A stretch of 64,000 nt of DNA from Rhodoferax sp. (GCF_034520025.1 NZ_JAXHNZ010000002.1:1722460-1786459), one strand, 5' to 3'. Shown: positions 10,453 through 20,274, numbered from the stretch's first letter. Notes: a model not told the origin generated them from the letters alone. Numbers and translations: made by a program.

Positions 10453-11904
10453 TCAAGCTTTCGGCTTTTTGACCGGGCGACTCCAGTTGGGAATGCTCAC
10501 CTGCTTGCCACGGGCCACGCTCAATGCGCCAGCCTCGGTGCTCTTGGTGATGGTGGAGCCACCACCCACAGTTCCCCCAGCCCCGATGGTGACAGGGGCC
10601 ACCAACACACAGTTGCTGCCGATGTGCACATCAGCCTCAATCACTGTGCGGTGTTTGTTCGCACCGTCGTAGTTGGCGGTGATGCTGCCGGCACCGTAGT
10701 TGACCCGCTCACCCACCGTGGCATCGCCCAAATAGGCGAGATGATTGGCTTTGGCACCGGCGGCCATGGTGGAGTTTTTCACTTCCACAAAGTTGCCAAT
10801 GTGCACCTCGGGCCCCAGCCGCGCGCCGGGGCGCAAGCGGGCAAACGGCCCGATGAGCGCGCCAGCCCCCACGCTCACGCCCTGCTTCTCGCCATCGATA
10901 TGGGTGAAAGGATGAATCACGACACCCGCCTCGATCACGGCATTCGCGATCACGCAATTCGCGCCGACCGAAACCCCTTCCCCCAAACTCACCTGCCCCG
11001 CAAACACGCAGTTCACATCGATGCTGACATCGTGGGCGCAGAGTAAATCGCCCCGCACATCAATGCGGGCAGGGTCTGCCAGGCGCACGCCTTCTTCCAT
11101 CAACCGGTGCGCTTGCTGCAGTTGGTAGGCCCGCTCCAGCTCTGCCAGTTGTACCGGGCTGTTCACACCGGCGACCTGCACCGCGTCGGTGATCTTGTGC
11201 CCGACCACTTCGACACCATCCGCCACCGCGAACTTCACGACATCGGTCAGGTAATACTCTTGCTGGGCATTGCGGTTGTCCAGGCGAGCTAGCCAGGCCT
11301 TCAGCCGCGCAGCAGGCACCGCCATGATTCCGCTGTAAATCTCGGTGATGGCGCGCTGCGCTTCGCTGGCGTCTTTGTGCTCCACGATGGCCTGCACCGC
11401 GCCACTGGCGTCGCGCACGATACGCCCATAACCGGCCGGGTTGCTTTGCTCCAGCGTCAGCAGGGCCAGCTTGTCACCGCCACTGGCCTGGATCAAGTGA
11501 AACAGCGTGTCAGATTGGGTCAAGGGCACATCACCGGACAAGACCACCACCACACCGTCATCCGGCAGTGCCGGCACAGCCTGCTGCACCGCGTGCCCAG
11601 TGCCGAGCTGAGGCTCCTGCCGCACGAAATTCAAAGAAAAACCGGCGCTAGCCCCCGAAAAACCTGCGCAGACTGCTTCAACTTCGATAGCACCATGCCC
11701 GGTGATCACCACCACATGGCGGGCCTGCAAATCGGCAGCCGTATCGACCACATGTTGTAACAGCGGCCGGCCGGCCAAGCGCTGCAAGACCTTGGGAATT
11801 TTGCTACACATGCGCGTGCCTTTGCCCGCCGCCATAATGACCACATCCACCGGTGCAGTAGACGATTCGACGTTTGCAAGAGGGGAACTAGAAGTCAAAG
11901 CCAT
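10453..11904 (-). CDS. glmU: Bifunctional UDP-GlcNAc pyrophosphorylase / glucosamine-1-P acetyltransferase
   Basis: IMAAGKGTRM, QLGTGHAV, LSGDVPL, EYYLTD, hexapeptide repeats, KANHLAYLGDA. Start uncertain. Confidence 0.98.
   Translation of the reverse strand: MALTSSSPLANVESSTAPVDVVIMAAGKGTRMCSKIPKVLQRLAGRPLLQHVVDTAADLQARHVVVITGHGAIEVEAVCAGFSGASAGFSLNFVRQEPQLGTGHAVQQAVPALPDDGVVVVLSGDVPLTQSDTLFHLIQASGGDKLALLTLEQSNPAGYGRIVRDASGAVQAIVEHKDASEAQRAITEIYSGIMAVPAARLKAWLARLDNRNAQQEYYLTDVVKFAVADGVEVVGHKITDAVQVAGVNSPVQLAELERAYQLQQAHRLMEEGVRLADPARIDVRGDLLCAHDVSIDVNCVFAGQVSLGEGVSVGANCVIANAVIEAGVVIHPFTHIDGEKQGVSVGAGALIGPFARLRPGARLGPEVHIGNFVEVKNSTMAAGAKANHLAYLGDATVGERVNYGAGSITANYDGANKHRTVIEADVHIGSNCVLVAPVTIGAGGTVGGGSTITKSTEAGALSVARGKQVSIPNWSRPVKKPKA
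11634..11693 (-). repeat. 60-bp dispersed motif, copy 1 (inside glmU, in frame)
   Basis: GTGCTATCGAAGTTGAAGCAGTCTGCGCAGGTTTTTCGGGGGCTAGCGCC...; encodes GAIEVEAVCAGFSGASAGFS. Confidence 0.75.
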
Positions 11905-12808
11905 GCCTTTATTGAAACTTGGAAAGTTAGCGCGCCTCTGGCGCAATGCCTGGCGCTGGTTCGCCATTATCGGGCTGCTGAGCGTTGCGGCGACTTTGAC
12001 TGGCTGTGGAGCAGTCCGTTTGGCCTACAACAACGCACCCGACTTATCCTACTGGTGGCTGGACGGCTACCTCGACCTGGACAACCCCCAAAGCCTCAAG
12101 CTGCGTAGCGATCTGCAAGCGCTACAAACCTGGCACCGAAAAGAAGAGCTTCCGCAGATCGCGGACATGCTCAAGAACTTGCAAACGGCAGCCCCCAACA
12201 ATGTGACGAGTGAGCAGGTGTGCCAACTCTCCAGGTACCTGGAAACACGATTTCAAACCGTGTTGGACCGCACCACGCCCACCGCGCTGGCAATTGCACC
12301 GACCTTGACCCTTGCGCAACTCGACCACCTTGCCCGTGCCTGGGACAAACGCAACCAAGAATGGCGGGAAGAGTGGATGGACGGTACCCCGCAAGACCGC
12401 CTGAACCGCCGGATGAAATCTGCACTCGATCGCACCGAGAGTTTTTACGGCCGCCTGAGCGACGCCCAGAAACAAGCGCTGCGCGCCCAACTGGAAGCGT
12501 CCGCGTTTGACGCTGCCTCGCAATACAAAGAAACCATGCGCCGCCAAAAGGACATTCTGCAAACCTTGCGTGCACTGAAGGCCACACCCTCAACTGAACT
12601 GCAGCAGCAAGCAGAGGTGCGGGCGCTGCTGCTGCGCAGCACCCAATCACCCGATCCGGCGTTTCAGCAATACACCGAGCGGGTCCGGAGCAACTTTTGT
12701 GAATCTGCCGCCGAGCTCCACAACGGCACCAGCCCGGCACAACGCCTAAAACTCCAGCAAACGCTGCAAGCCTACGAGGCGGATGTGCGCGTGCTCATGC
12801 AACGCTGA
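11903..12808 (+). CDS. DUF6279-family lipoprotein
   Basis: Lipobox LTGC then GAVRLAYNNAPDLSYWWLDGYLDL; helical body. Start uncertain. Confidence 0.75.
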   Translation: MPLLKLGKLARLWRNAWRWFAIIGLLSVAATLTGCGAVRLAYNNAPDLSYWWLDGYLDLDNPQSLKLRSDLQALQTWHRKEELPQIADMLKNLQTAAPNNVTSEQVCQLSRYLETRFQTVLDRTTPTALAIAPTLTLAQLDHLARAWDKRNQEWREEWMDGTPQDRLNRRMKSALDRTESFYGRLSDAQKQALRAQLEASAFDAASQYKETMRRQKDILQTLRALKATPSTELQQQAEVRALLLRSTQSPDPAFQQYTERVRSNFCESAAELHNGTSPAQRLKLQQTLQAYEADVRVLMQR

Positions 12809-12838
12809 TCCGCACGCCGCCGGGCCTGATGGCCCGTG

Positions 12839-13441
12839 TCATCGAACTGGCCAGACGACTCCGTGGTCGTTCAAGATGGCATCCAGAGGCATGTCATGGG
12901 GCTCTGGCTCGAAGTCGTCGACAAACCCTGTGCCAAACCCCAGGCCCACGGTAAAGGGGCGCGGACTCAAGCTCGCCAGCATGCGGTCATAAAAGCCACC
13001 GCCATAACCCAGGCGGTAGCCACCGGGGCCGTAGCCAACACAGGGCACAAACAGCAGTGTGGGCACGATCAGCTCGGTGTCCTTGGGCTTGGGGATACCG
13101 TACGCGTCCTCTTCCATCGGGCAGCCGGGGTACCACGCATGAAAGGTCATGGTTTTGTGCTCCCGGTTCACCACCGGCAAGCCGATGCGGCGCGGCTGGG
13201 GTTGGTCAATCAGCTCGCCGTCTTCTTTCCAGCGGTGCAAAGCGGGCAAGGGGTCGAACTCGCCTTTGATGGGCCAGTAGGCGCCAATGACCGCATCCGG
13301 CCGGCCCACCAGCCAAATGCGCATCACACGCTGCAATAAATCGGCGCGCTGTAGGCGATCCGGCATGGCCAGACGTTGATCCAGTAGCGCCTTGCGAAGG
13401 GCTTTCTTTTGTGCAGCTTTGCTGTCGTCCGAGTTATCCAT
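12839..13441 (-). CDS. 5-formyltetrahydrofolate cyclo-ligase
   Basis: KKALRKALL, YWPIKGEFDP, YGIPKP, VPCVGY...RLGYGGGFYDR. Confidence 0.93.
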   Translation of the reverse strand: MDNSDDSKAAQKKALRKALLDQRLAMPDRLQRADLLQRVMRIWLVGRPDAVIGAYWPIKGEFDPLPALHRWKEDGELIDQPQPRRIGLPVVNREHKTMTFHAWYPGCPMEEDAYGIPKPKDTELIVPTLLFVPCVGYGPGGYRLGYGGGFYDRMLASLSPRPFTVGLGFGTGFVDDFEPEPHDMPLDAILNDHGVVWPVR

Positions 13442-13450
13442 AATCCCCAC

Positions 13451-15451
13451 ATGCAGTTTTCAGCCATTCTGACATCACTCGCCCTTTGCGGCGCCCTGAT
13501 GTCCACCACTACCCCCTCAGCATACGCCCAAGGGCGTGACCTTAGCCGCCTGGACGAGACTGTTCTGGACCTGTCACAGGCCTATAAAACCCGCGACCGC
13601 AAACGCCTTGCCGCTGCACTCCCGGGAGTACGCGGCCACATCCTCGAGCCTTGGGCAGCCTACTGGGACATGTCCGCCCGGCTGGACGATGCCAGCAAGT
13701 CAGAAATCCAGGATTTCCTGAACCGCTACAACGGCACCTACCAGGAAGACCGCTTGCGCGCGGAATGGCTGCTGCGGCTAGGCCGTTCCCGCGATTGGGA
13801 CACCTTCAGCCGCGAATACCCGCTCTACCGCATGAACGACGACCGATCGGTACGCTGCTATGCGCTCTGGGCAGACTACAACACCCGTGGTACAGATGTG
13901 ACAGAAGCCTTGGAGTCCGTGTGGTGGGGCCTGAAGGAGGCCGACGACGCCTGCGGTAGCTTGGCGACCCAGCTGGTCAAAGACAAAAAAATAAGCTCTC
14001 ACAGCGTCTGGGTCTGGGCGCGCCTCGGCATGGAAAACGACCGCCTGCGCGTCGCAACCCAAGCCGCCGGTGCGTTGGATACAGACTACGTCAAAACCAT
14101 CAACACCATCTACAACACGCCAGCCAAATACCTGAACGACAAGGTTACAGCGCTGCGGCCACAAACGCGGGAGTTTGTGTCACTGGCCATCATCCGCTTG
14201 GCGGATCAAGACCTGGAGGAAGCCGCGGAAGAGGTCGACAAACTCCGCTGGAAAGCACAGCTCACCCAAGAAGAGCGCAGCTGGATCTGGGGCGTCATTG
14301 GCAAACGGGCGGCACAAAAACTTTCCGATAACGCCACTGGCTACTTTGCCAAAGGTCAACTCAACCAAATGCATGAGGACCACCTCGCTTGGGCCGCACG
14401 GGCGGCCCTGCGTGCCGGGCGTTGGAACCAGGTCACTGATGCGATCAACGCCATGCCTGAATCCATGCGCAACGACCCTACCTGGGTCTATTGGCGTGCC
14501 CGTGCGTTGGCCCGCCGCAGCAATGTGGAGTCGGCAAAAATGGAAAGCCAAGCCCTGCTGGAGTCGATTGCGGGGACCAAAGGCTTTTACGAAATGCTGG
14601 CCCTTGAAGAACTGGGCCAGAAAATCGTGACGCCGCCCAAACCAGCCCCACTCACCGCAGACGAAAAAGACCAGGCCAAAAAGAACCCCGGTTTAGCGCG
14701 TGCGCTCTATGCCATACAGATCGGCCTGCGCAGCGATGGAGTGCGGGAGTGGAACTACACCACCAACCTGCATAACCGTGGCGGACTGGATGACCGCTCC
14801 TTACTGGCCGCCGCCGATCTGGCGTGCAAGGCCGAAGTGTGGGACCGCTGCATCAACACCAGCGAGCGCACCAAAGGCATGGTCGATGTGGACCAGCGCT
14901 ACCCCATGCCCCACAAATCAGCAGTACTGGCGCGCACCCAGCTGATCGGGCTCGACCCGGCTTACGTCTACGGGCTGATCCGCCAGGAAAGCCGCTTCAT
15001 TACCGACGCCAAGTCGGTGGTGGGCGCAGCCGGGCTGATGCAAGTCATGCCAGCAACCGCCAAATGGACCGCTAAAAAAATCGGGCTCAACGACTTCCAG
15101 GCACATCAAATCACTGAGCGGGATACCAACATCGCCATCGGCACCGGCTACCTCAAGCTGGTGCTGGACAGCTTTAACGGCTCCATGCCGATGGCAGCCG
15201 CTGCCTACAACGCAGGCCCCGGACGGCCGCGTATTTGGCGCGGGCAAGCCGGTGGCCCCACCTGGGAAGCGGCTATTTGGGCGGAAAACGTGCCGTTTAC
15301 CGAGACCCGCGACTACGTGAAAAAAGTCTTGGCCAACACCACGCTGTACTCTGCGCTGATCACTGGGCAACCCCAGTCGCTGAAAGCACGGCTGGGGGTG
15401 GTAGGCCCGCGCGATACGAGCACCGCGGAAGGTGGCCTCGACCTGCCTTAA
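13451..15451 (+). CDS. slt: Soluble lytic murein transglycosylase (Slt70-like)
   Basis: Signal peptide, superhelical domain, catalytic LIRQES, GLMQVMPATA, AAYNAGPG, ETRDYVKKV. Confidence 0.93.
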   Translation: MQFSAILTSLALCGALMSTTTPSAYAQGRDLSRLDETVLDLSQAYKTRDRKRLAAALPGVRGHILEPWAAYWDMSARLDDASKSEIQDFLNRYNGTYQEDRLRAEWLLRLGRSRDWDTFSREYPLYRMNDDRSVRCYALWADYNTRGTDVTEALESVWWGLKEADDACGSLATQLVKDKKISSHSVWVWARLGMENDRLRVATQAAGALDTDYVKTINTIYNTPAKYLNDKVTALRPQTREFVSLAIIRLADQDLEEAAEEVDKLRWKAQLTQEERSWIWGVIGKRAAQKLSDNATGYFAKGQLNQMHEDHLAWAARAALRAGRWNQVTDAINAMPESMRNDPTWVYWRARALARRSNVESAKMESQALLESIAGTKGFYEMLALEELGQKIVTPPKPAPLTADEKDQAKKNPGLARALYAIQIGLRSDGVREWNYTTNLHNRGGLDDRSLLAAADLACKAEVWDRCINTSERTKGMVDVDQRYPMPHKSAVLARTQLIGLDPAYVYGLIRQESRFITDAKSVVGAAGLMQVMPATAKWTAKKIGLNDFQAHQITERDTNIAIGTGYLKLVLDSFNGSMPMAAAAYNAGPGRPRIWRGQAGGPTWEAAIWAENVPFTETRDYVKKVLANTTLYSALITGQPQSLKARLGVVGPRDTSTAEGGLDLP

Positions 15452-16866
15452 GCCGGCCGGCGGTAAAACGCGCAGCGGTTGCGGCCGCAGCGCTTGGCCT
15501 CATACATCGCCTGATCGGCATGCAGCAACAAGGTTTGCGAGTCTGTGCCATCGCCCGGGTAAATGGCCAAGCCGAGACTAGCAGCCACTTGAATCACAGG
15601 CCCATCCGGTCCCGGGCCTAGGTGGCAAGGCTCTGCAAACGTCGCCATGATTTTGGCCACCAAGGTCGAGAGCTCACCGCTGTGCGACAGCCCACCCAGC
15701 AACATCACAAACTCGTCGCCCCCGAGGCGGGACACGGTATCTTCCGCCCGCAACACCCCCTGTAACCTGCGGGCCACGGCTTGCAACAGGGCGTCGCCGG
15801 CGTCATGGCCGTACATGTCGTTGACTTCTTTGAAATGGTCGAGGTCCAAAAAGCCGACCGCAAACAGGCCGTTGTGGCGATCGTGGTGGGCACACAGCAT
15901 TTTCAAGCGATCATGCAACAGCACACGGTTGGGCAGGCCGGTCAGGGCATCGTGCTCGGCAAAGTGGCTGCGGGCCTGCAAGCGCTTTTTCTCGGTTACA
16001 TCCTGCAGCACCGCGAGGCTGCGCTGGGGTTTGCCGTCTGCATCAAACTCCCACAGCGCAGAGAGCAATACATCGCGCACTGCACCATCCCGGGTAAGAA
16101 ACTGGTATTCCACGTTGTCGCAGCGGCCATCGTGCAAAGCCTGCGGAATCACGACATCGCGCGCATAGCGAGCGGACCCGGATGTCATGAAATCCGCAAC
16201 ATGCCGCCCCAACACATCGGCCTCTTGGTAGCCCAGGGTGTCGAGCCACAGCTGATTGACCTGCACGATGCGGCCGCTGCCATCGATCGAGTGCAACATG
16301 GCCGGCGTCGCGCGGTACAGGCTCAGTGCCCGGGCCTCGCGGTCCGCCAAGGCCTGGGTCATGCGGCGCTGCCCTTCGGACAAAACGGCCAGAAACAAAC
16401 CCGGCAACAGGGTAGCCAATACCGAGATGTAGAACACCGCATCGCCCCACCAGATAGACGATGGGGGTGGCAGCAAAACGCCCACGCGTATCAGAGCAGC
16501 CATGGCCAGCGCGATCAGGCTGTTGATCACCAAACTGTTGAGCAAGGTGCTGCGCACCGCTACCCACACCATCGGCGCCAACATCACCACAAAGGGTTTG
16601 GGCAAACTGGTGGCCGACCACAACACCACTGACAGACTGATCAGCGCCATCCCTACATGAACCGGCCGGAACCAACCTCGGGCCGCACTGCGCACACCCC
16701 GGGTCGCCAGCAGTAACACCAGTGGCAGCATGGCAACCGAACCAATGGTGCCGCCCACCAACCAGTTCAAGGCCATAGTCGACCAATCGCCCCGCAAGGC
16801 CAATACACCCGCCAGCCCACCTAGCGGCGCAGACACCATGGCGGGCAACAGCGCTCCGCGCAGCAA
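15448..16866 (-). CDS. MASE1(C-part)-PAS-GGDEF diguanylate cyclase, portion downstream of an in-frame TAG
   Basis: TM helices, PAS (LHSIDGSGRIVQVNQLW), intact RLGGDEF and RAED I-site; frame continues upstream across TAG 16927-16929. Confidence 0.9.
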   Translation of the reverse strand: MLRGALLPAMVSAPLGGLAGVLALRGDWSTMALNWLVGGTIGSVAMLPLVLLLATRGVRSAARGWFRPVHVGMALISLSVVLWSATSLPKPFVVMLAPMVWVAVRSTLLNSLVINSLIALAMAALIRVGVLLPPPSSIWWGDAVFYISVLATLLPGLFLAVLSEGQRRMTQALADREARALSLYRATPAMLHSIDGSGRIVQVNQLWLDTLGYQEADVLGRHVADFMTSGSARYARDVVIPQALHDGRCDNVEYQFLTRDGAVRDVLLSALWEFDADGKPQRSLAVLQDVTEKKRLQARSHFAEHDALTGLPNRVLLHDRLKMLCAHHDRHNGLFAVGFLDLDHFKEVNDMYGHDAGDALLQAVARRLQGVLRAEDTVSRLGGDEFVMLLGGLSHSGELSTLVAKIMATFAEPCHLGPGPDGPVIQVAASLGLAIYPGDGTDSQTLLLHADQAMYEAKRCGRNRCAFYRRPA

Positions 16867-16926
16867 AACTTGGGCCTGAACCGTAGGGCTCTCGCCGGCC
16901 TGCCCCAGCGCAGGCAGCCGCTCCAG

Positions 16927-17301
16927 CTACAGGGCGGCGAGCACCATGCCCAACAAGTAGCCCGGTACGTCGACAAAAGCCACCCAGGCCGTGTGCAAGC
17001 CACCGGCCTGACTGACGGCCACATTTGGCGACACCAGCGCAAAGCCACCATGCGCCGCCCACAGGACCAGCGCCACCAGCACCAGAAAGGCCGGCCACTG
17101 CCGTTTGGGCAAGCGCATCAGGGCGACAGCACCAAAAGCATTGGCAAACCACACCATCACCTGTCCCGAGCGCGGATCGGAGATCGTCAGTGACACACAT
17201 GCCGCCGCGCCCACGAGCAACGCCCACTGCCATAGCCACCCGGAGTGCGTCAGTCTGCACGGGGGTCCCTGTCTTTTAAAAGTGGGGTGCGTGCGCGCCA
17301 A
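16927..17301 (-). pseudogene. N-terminal MASE1 fragment, same frame as the downstream cyclase but cut by an amber codon
   Basis: VMVWFANAFGAVALMRLPKRQWPAFL is MASE1-like. Reads ...GMVLAAL-TAG-LERLPALGQ... straight into the 15448-16866 frame. Only a TTG start is available upstream. Confidence 0.7.
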
Positions 17302-18152
17302 ACCAGCATGAGCAGCACCCCGATGAACGTCAAGCCCAACGCTGCCCGTCGTAACCAGACGTGGAGCGGGTCTTCGTAGGTGAGAGTGTCCACATCGATC
17401 CAGCGGCGTAGCAGCGCCTGGCGGGTGGCAGGCGAAATATCCTGAAGGGCGGCGTTGAGGGCACTGCCCAGAGCTGTCAGCTCTTTGCGGTAGGCGAAGC
17501 TCAGCGCGTACTCAAAGGGCAATGTCTCGCCGACTTGCACCCCCCGCACACCGCTGTGGCGCTTGGCATCGCTGATGCTGGCGACATCCGCCACCACACC
17601 ATCGACCTCGCCACGCATCAAGAGCTGAAAGCCGCTCATGTCATCGCTCACAGCCACCCAGCGGATCTGCGGGTAGTGGGTGCGCACAAAGGTTTCCACC
17701 GCATAGCCCTTGCCCACCGCCACTGAACGGCCTGCAAGGTCTGCCAAAACAGGGGCCGCCGGCCCTTGTTTGACCACCAACACAGCAGGCACTTTGACAT
17801 AGGGCTCGGTGAATGCCAAGAACTCGGCCCGCTCGGGGGTGGGGCGCAATGAGGAGATCAAGTCCACCTCCCCGCGGCGGGCCGCATCGAGAATGTTGGC
17901 CAGGTTATCCGGGGGCAACATCTGCAACTCGCCGCCCAAGCGCGGTCGCAAGATCTCGAGCACATCCACTGACAAGCCCTGCACTTGCCCGGTGGGGCTT
18001 GCGCTCACGAACGGGGGGTAGTCTTTCTCCGGTGCAAAGCGGATCGTATGGGCAGCCGCAGCACCCGAGACCAAGCCTGCGCACACAGCAACACACCGCC
18101 ACAGGCCGTAACGCCAATGACGCCGGTCAGGGCGAACTGCTTGGTACGACAT
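17250..18152 (-). CDS. Periplasmic amino-acid-type binding domain (SBP_bac_3-like) with C-terminal TM helix
   Basis: Signal peptide, KDYPPF, GLSVDV, GEVDL, RAEFLAFTEPY, GEVDGVV, terminal hydrophobic helix. Confidence 0.85.
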   Translation of the reverse strand: MSYQAVRPDRRHWRYGLWRCVAVCAGLVSGAAAAHTIRFAPEKDYPPFVSASPTGQVQGLSVDVLEILRPRLGGELQMLPPDNLANILDAARRGEVDLISSLRPTPERAEFLAFTEPYVKVPAVLVVKQGPAAPVLADLAGRSVAVGKGYAVETFVRTHYPQIRWVAVSDDMSGFQLLMRGEVDGVVADVASISDAKRHSGVRGVQVGETLPFEYALSFAYRKELTALGSALNAALQDISPATRQALLRRWIDVDTLTYEDPLHVWLRRAALGLTFIGVLLMLVWRARTPLLKDRDPRAD

Positions 18153-18278
18153 GGGGTCTCCTCCCGGTGTTGGCAATACTTGGAAGTCTGCGCTTATGCA
18201 TTCAGTATAGGGCGGCCTCCTCTGAGTCGCCAACCCCTTTAGGCCCGACTATCATGCGAATTTGACCAAGGATTGCGC

Positions 18279-18962
18279 ATGATCAAGCTCTACATCGGCA
18301 ACAAGAACTACTCCTCGTGGTCCATGCGCCCCTGGGTACTCTTGAAGCAGGCGGGTATCGACTTTGAAGAGGTCATGGTCCGCTTCGACTCGTTCGAGAG
18401 CCAGTCGCAATTCAAAACCACACTCGCCCCGCTCTCCCCTACTGGCAAAGTGCCGCTGCTGATGGATGGCGATTTGGCGGTGTGGGACACGCTTGCGATT
18501 GCCGAATATGTAGCCGAGACCTTTCCCAACCTGCAGCTCTGGCCCGCTGACAAAACGGCCCGAGCCCGCGCCCGCAGCGTGTGCGCCGAAATGCACTCCG
18601 GCTTCACCGGCCTGCGCAGCAACTGCCCGATGAACATCGAAGCCACCCTGCTCGAAACAGGTGCCCTCATCTGGCGCGACAAACCGGCAGTGCGTGCCGA
18701 CGTGGTCCGCCTGAGCGCCATGTGGACCGAGCTGCTGGCCCAGTACGGCGGCCCCATGTTGTTTGGCCAGTTCTCGGTGGCGGATGCGTATTTCGCCCCG
18801 GTATGTGCCCGCCTCAAAACCTACGGCCTGCCGGTCAGCCCGGTGGTGGGCGCCTATGTGTCCCGCGTGCTGGCACTGCCCGGTGTGCAAGACTGGATCA
18901 CCGGCGCCCTGGCCGAAAAAGACTTTCTGGACTTTGAAGAACCCTACCGCCTGCAACGCTGA
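18279..18962 (+). CDS. Glutathione S-transferase family protein
   Basis: YIGNKNYSSWSMRPW, SPTGKVPLL, WDTLAIAEY, FSVADAYFAP. Confidence 0.94.
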   Translation: MIKLYIGNKNYSSWSMRPWVLLKQAGIDFEEVMVRFDSFESQSQFKTTLAPLSPTGKVPLLMDGDLAVWDTLAIAEYVAETFPNLQLWPADKTARARARSVCAEMHSGFTGLRSNCPMNIEATLLETGALIWRDKPAVRADVVRLSAMWTELLAQYGGPMLFGQFSVADAYFAPVCARLKTYGLPVSPVVGAYVSRVLALPGVQDWITGALAEKDFLDFEEPYRLQR

Positions 18963-18972
18963 ACCGCCTTTT

Positions 18973-20274
18973 ATGCCTTCCCACCCCACCGGCACCCACC
19001 TCAACACCGGCACCTTTTTGGTGGGCGGCGCGGTGCGCGACGCCCTTTTGGGCTTGGAAGTCAAAGACCGCGATTGGGTGGTCGTGGGTAGCAGCCCCCA
19101 GCAGATGCTGGATGCGGGCTTTATGGCTGTGGGCAAAGACTTCCCGGTGTTTTTGCACCCCCGCACCCAAGAGGAATACGCGCTGGCCCGCACCGAGCGC
19201 AAGACCGCGCCCGGCTACCGCGGCTTTGCGGTACACGCTGCGCCGGACGTGACGCTGGAAGAAGACCTTGCCCGGCGCGACCTTACTATCAATTCCATAG
19301 CTGCTCGCGCAGAAAGCACCTGGGCCAATGGTACTTTTGATGCTAAAAACTTGATAGACCCCTTCGGCGGCCAGGCCGACCTGCAGAGGCGCGTGCTGCG
19401 CCATGTGACCCCCGCCTTCCGCGAGGACCCGGTGCGCATCCTGCGCGTAGCCCGCTTTGCCGCGCGGTTGACCGAGTTCGCCGTGGCTCCCGAAACCACG
19501 GCGCTCATGCAGGCCATGGTGGAAGACGGCGAGGTGGACCACCTGGTGCCCGAGCGCGTGCGGCAAGAGCTGTCCAAAGGGCTGATGGAAGCCCGCCCCT
19601 CCCGCATGTTCGAGGTGCTGCGCAGCTGCGGAGCCCTGAAGCGCCTTCTGCCTGAACTGGACCGCCTGTGGGGCGTGCCCCAGAGCCCCGAGCACCACCC
19701 CGAGGTCGACACCGGTGTGCACGTCATGCTGGTGCTGGACCGCGCCGCCCAACTGGGTGCGCCACTGGCGGTGCGCTTTGCCTGCCTGGGCCACGACCTC
19801 GGCAAAGGCACCACGCCCACCGACGTGCTGCCCCGCCACATCGGGCATGAGGAACGCAGTGCCCGCCTGCTCAAAGCGGTGTGCCAGCGCCTGCGGGTGC
19901 CCAACGACAGCGCCGAGCTGGCCGACGTGGTGGCCCGCGAGCACGGCAACATCCACCGCAGCGGCTCGCTCAATGCTGCTGCCCTGCTGCGCCTCCTAGA
20001 GCGCTGCGACGCCATCCGCAAACCCGAGCGCTTTCGCGCGGCATTGCTTGCCTGCCAGTGCGATGCCCAAGGCCGCCTTGGCCTGACCGACACGCCTTAC
20101 CCCCAAGCCCAACGGCTGGGGCAGGCCCTCGACTTGGCGCTGGCCGTCGCTACAGATTCCATAGCTGCTCGCGCAATAGCGGCGGGCGCTACTGGCCCAA
20201 AGATTGGTCAATTCATCCAAACCGCACGCGCTGACGCTATTGCGGCTGGGCTGGCACCGGCGCCGCTTGCCTGA
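18973..20274 (+). CDS. cca: Multifunctional CCA-adding/repair enzyme
   Basis: LVGGAVRD..DRDWV, VGKDFPVF, RRDLTINS, FREDPVRILR, HD domain HDLGKG. Confidence 0.97.
   Translation: MPSHPTGTHLNTGTFLVGGAVRDALLGLEVKDRDWVVVGSSPQQMLDAGFMAVGKDFPVFLHPRTQEEYALARTERKTAPGYRGFAVHAAPDVTLEEDLARRDLTINSIAARAESTWANGTFDAKNLIDPFGGQADLQRRVLRHVTPAFREDPVRILRVARFAARLTEFAVAPETTALMQAMVEDGEVDHLVPERVRQELSKGLMEARPSRMFEVLRSCGALKRLLPELDRLWGVPQSPEHHPEVDTGVHVMLVLDRAAQLGAPLAVRFACLGHDLGKGTTPTDVLPRHIGHEERSARLLKAVCQRLRVPNDSAELADVVAREHGNIHRSGSLNAAALLRLLERCDAIRKPERFRAALLACQCDAQGRLGLTDTPYPQAQRLGQALDLALAVATDSIAARAIAAGATGPKIGQFIQTARADAIAAGLAPAPLA
19283..19342 (+). repeat. 60-bp dispersed motif, copy 2 (inside cca, in frame)
   Basis: TTACTATCAATTCCATAGCTGCTCGCGCAGAAAGCACCTGGGCCAATGGTACTTTTGATG; encodes LTINSIAARAESTWANGTFD. 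Confidence 0.88.
20147..20206 (+). repeat. 60-bp dispersed motif, copy 3 (inside cca, in frame)
   Basis: TCGCTACAGATTCCATAGCTGCTCGCGCAATAGCGGCGGGCGCTACTGGCCCAAAGATTG; encodes VATDSIAARAIAAGATGPKI. Confidence 0.88.

Noticed and set aside
13441-13460. 6S RNA (ssrS), often upstream of the 5-formyl-THF cyclo-ligase gene
   Set aside because: There is no intergenic room; slt starts immediately.
16927-16929. Pyrrolysine recoding of the amber codon
   Set aside because: No pyl genes or tRNA in the window, other genes here use TAG as a normal stop (e.g. ruvA), and the site is a membrane loop with no catalytic role.
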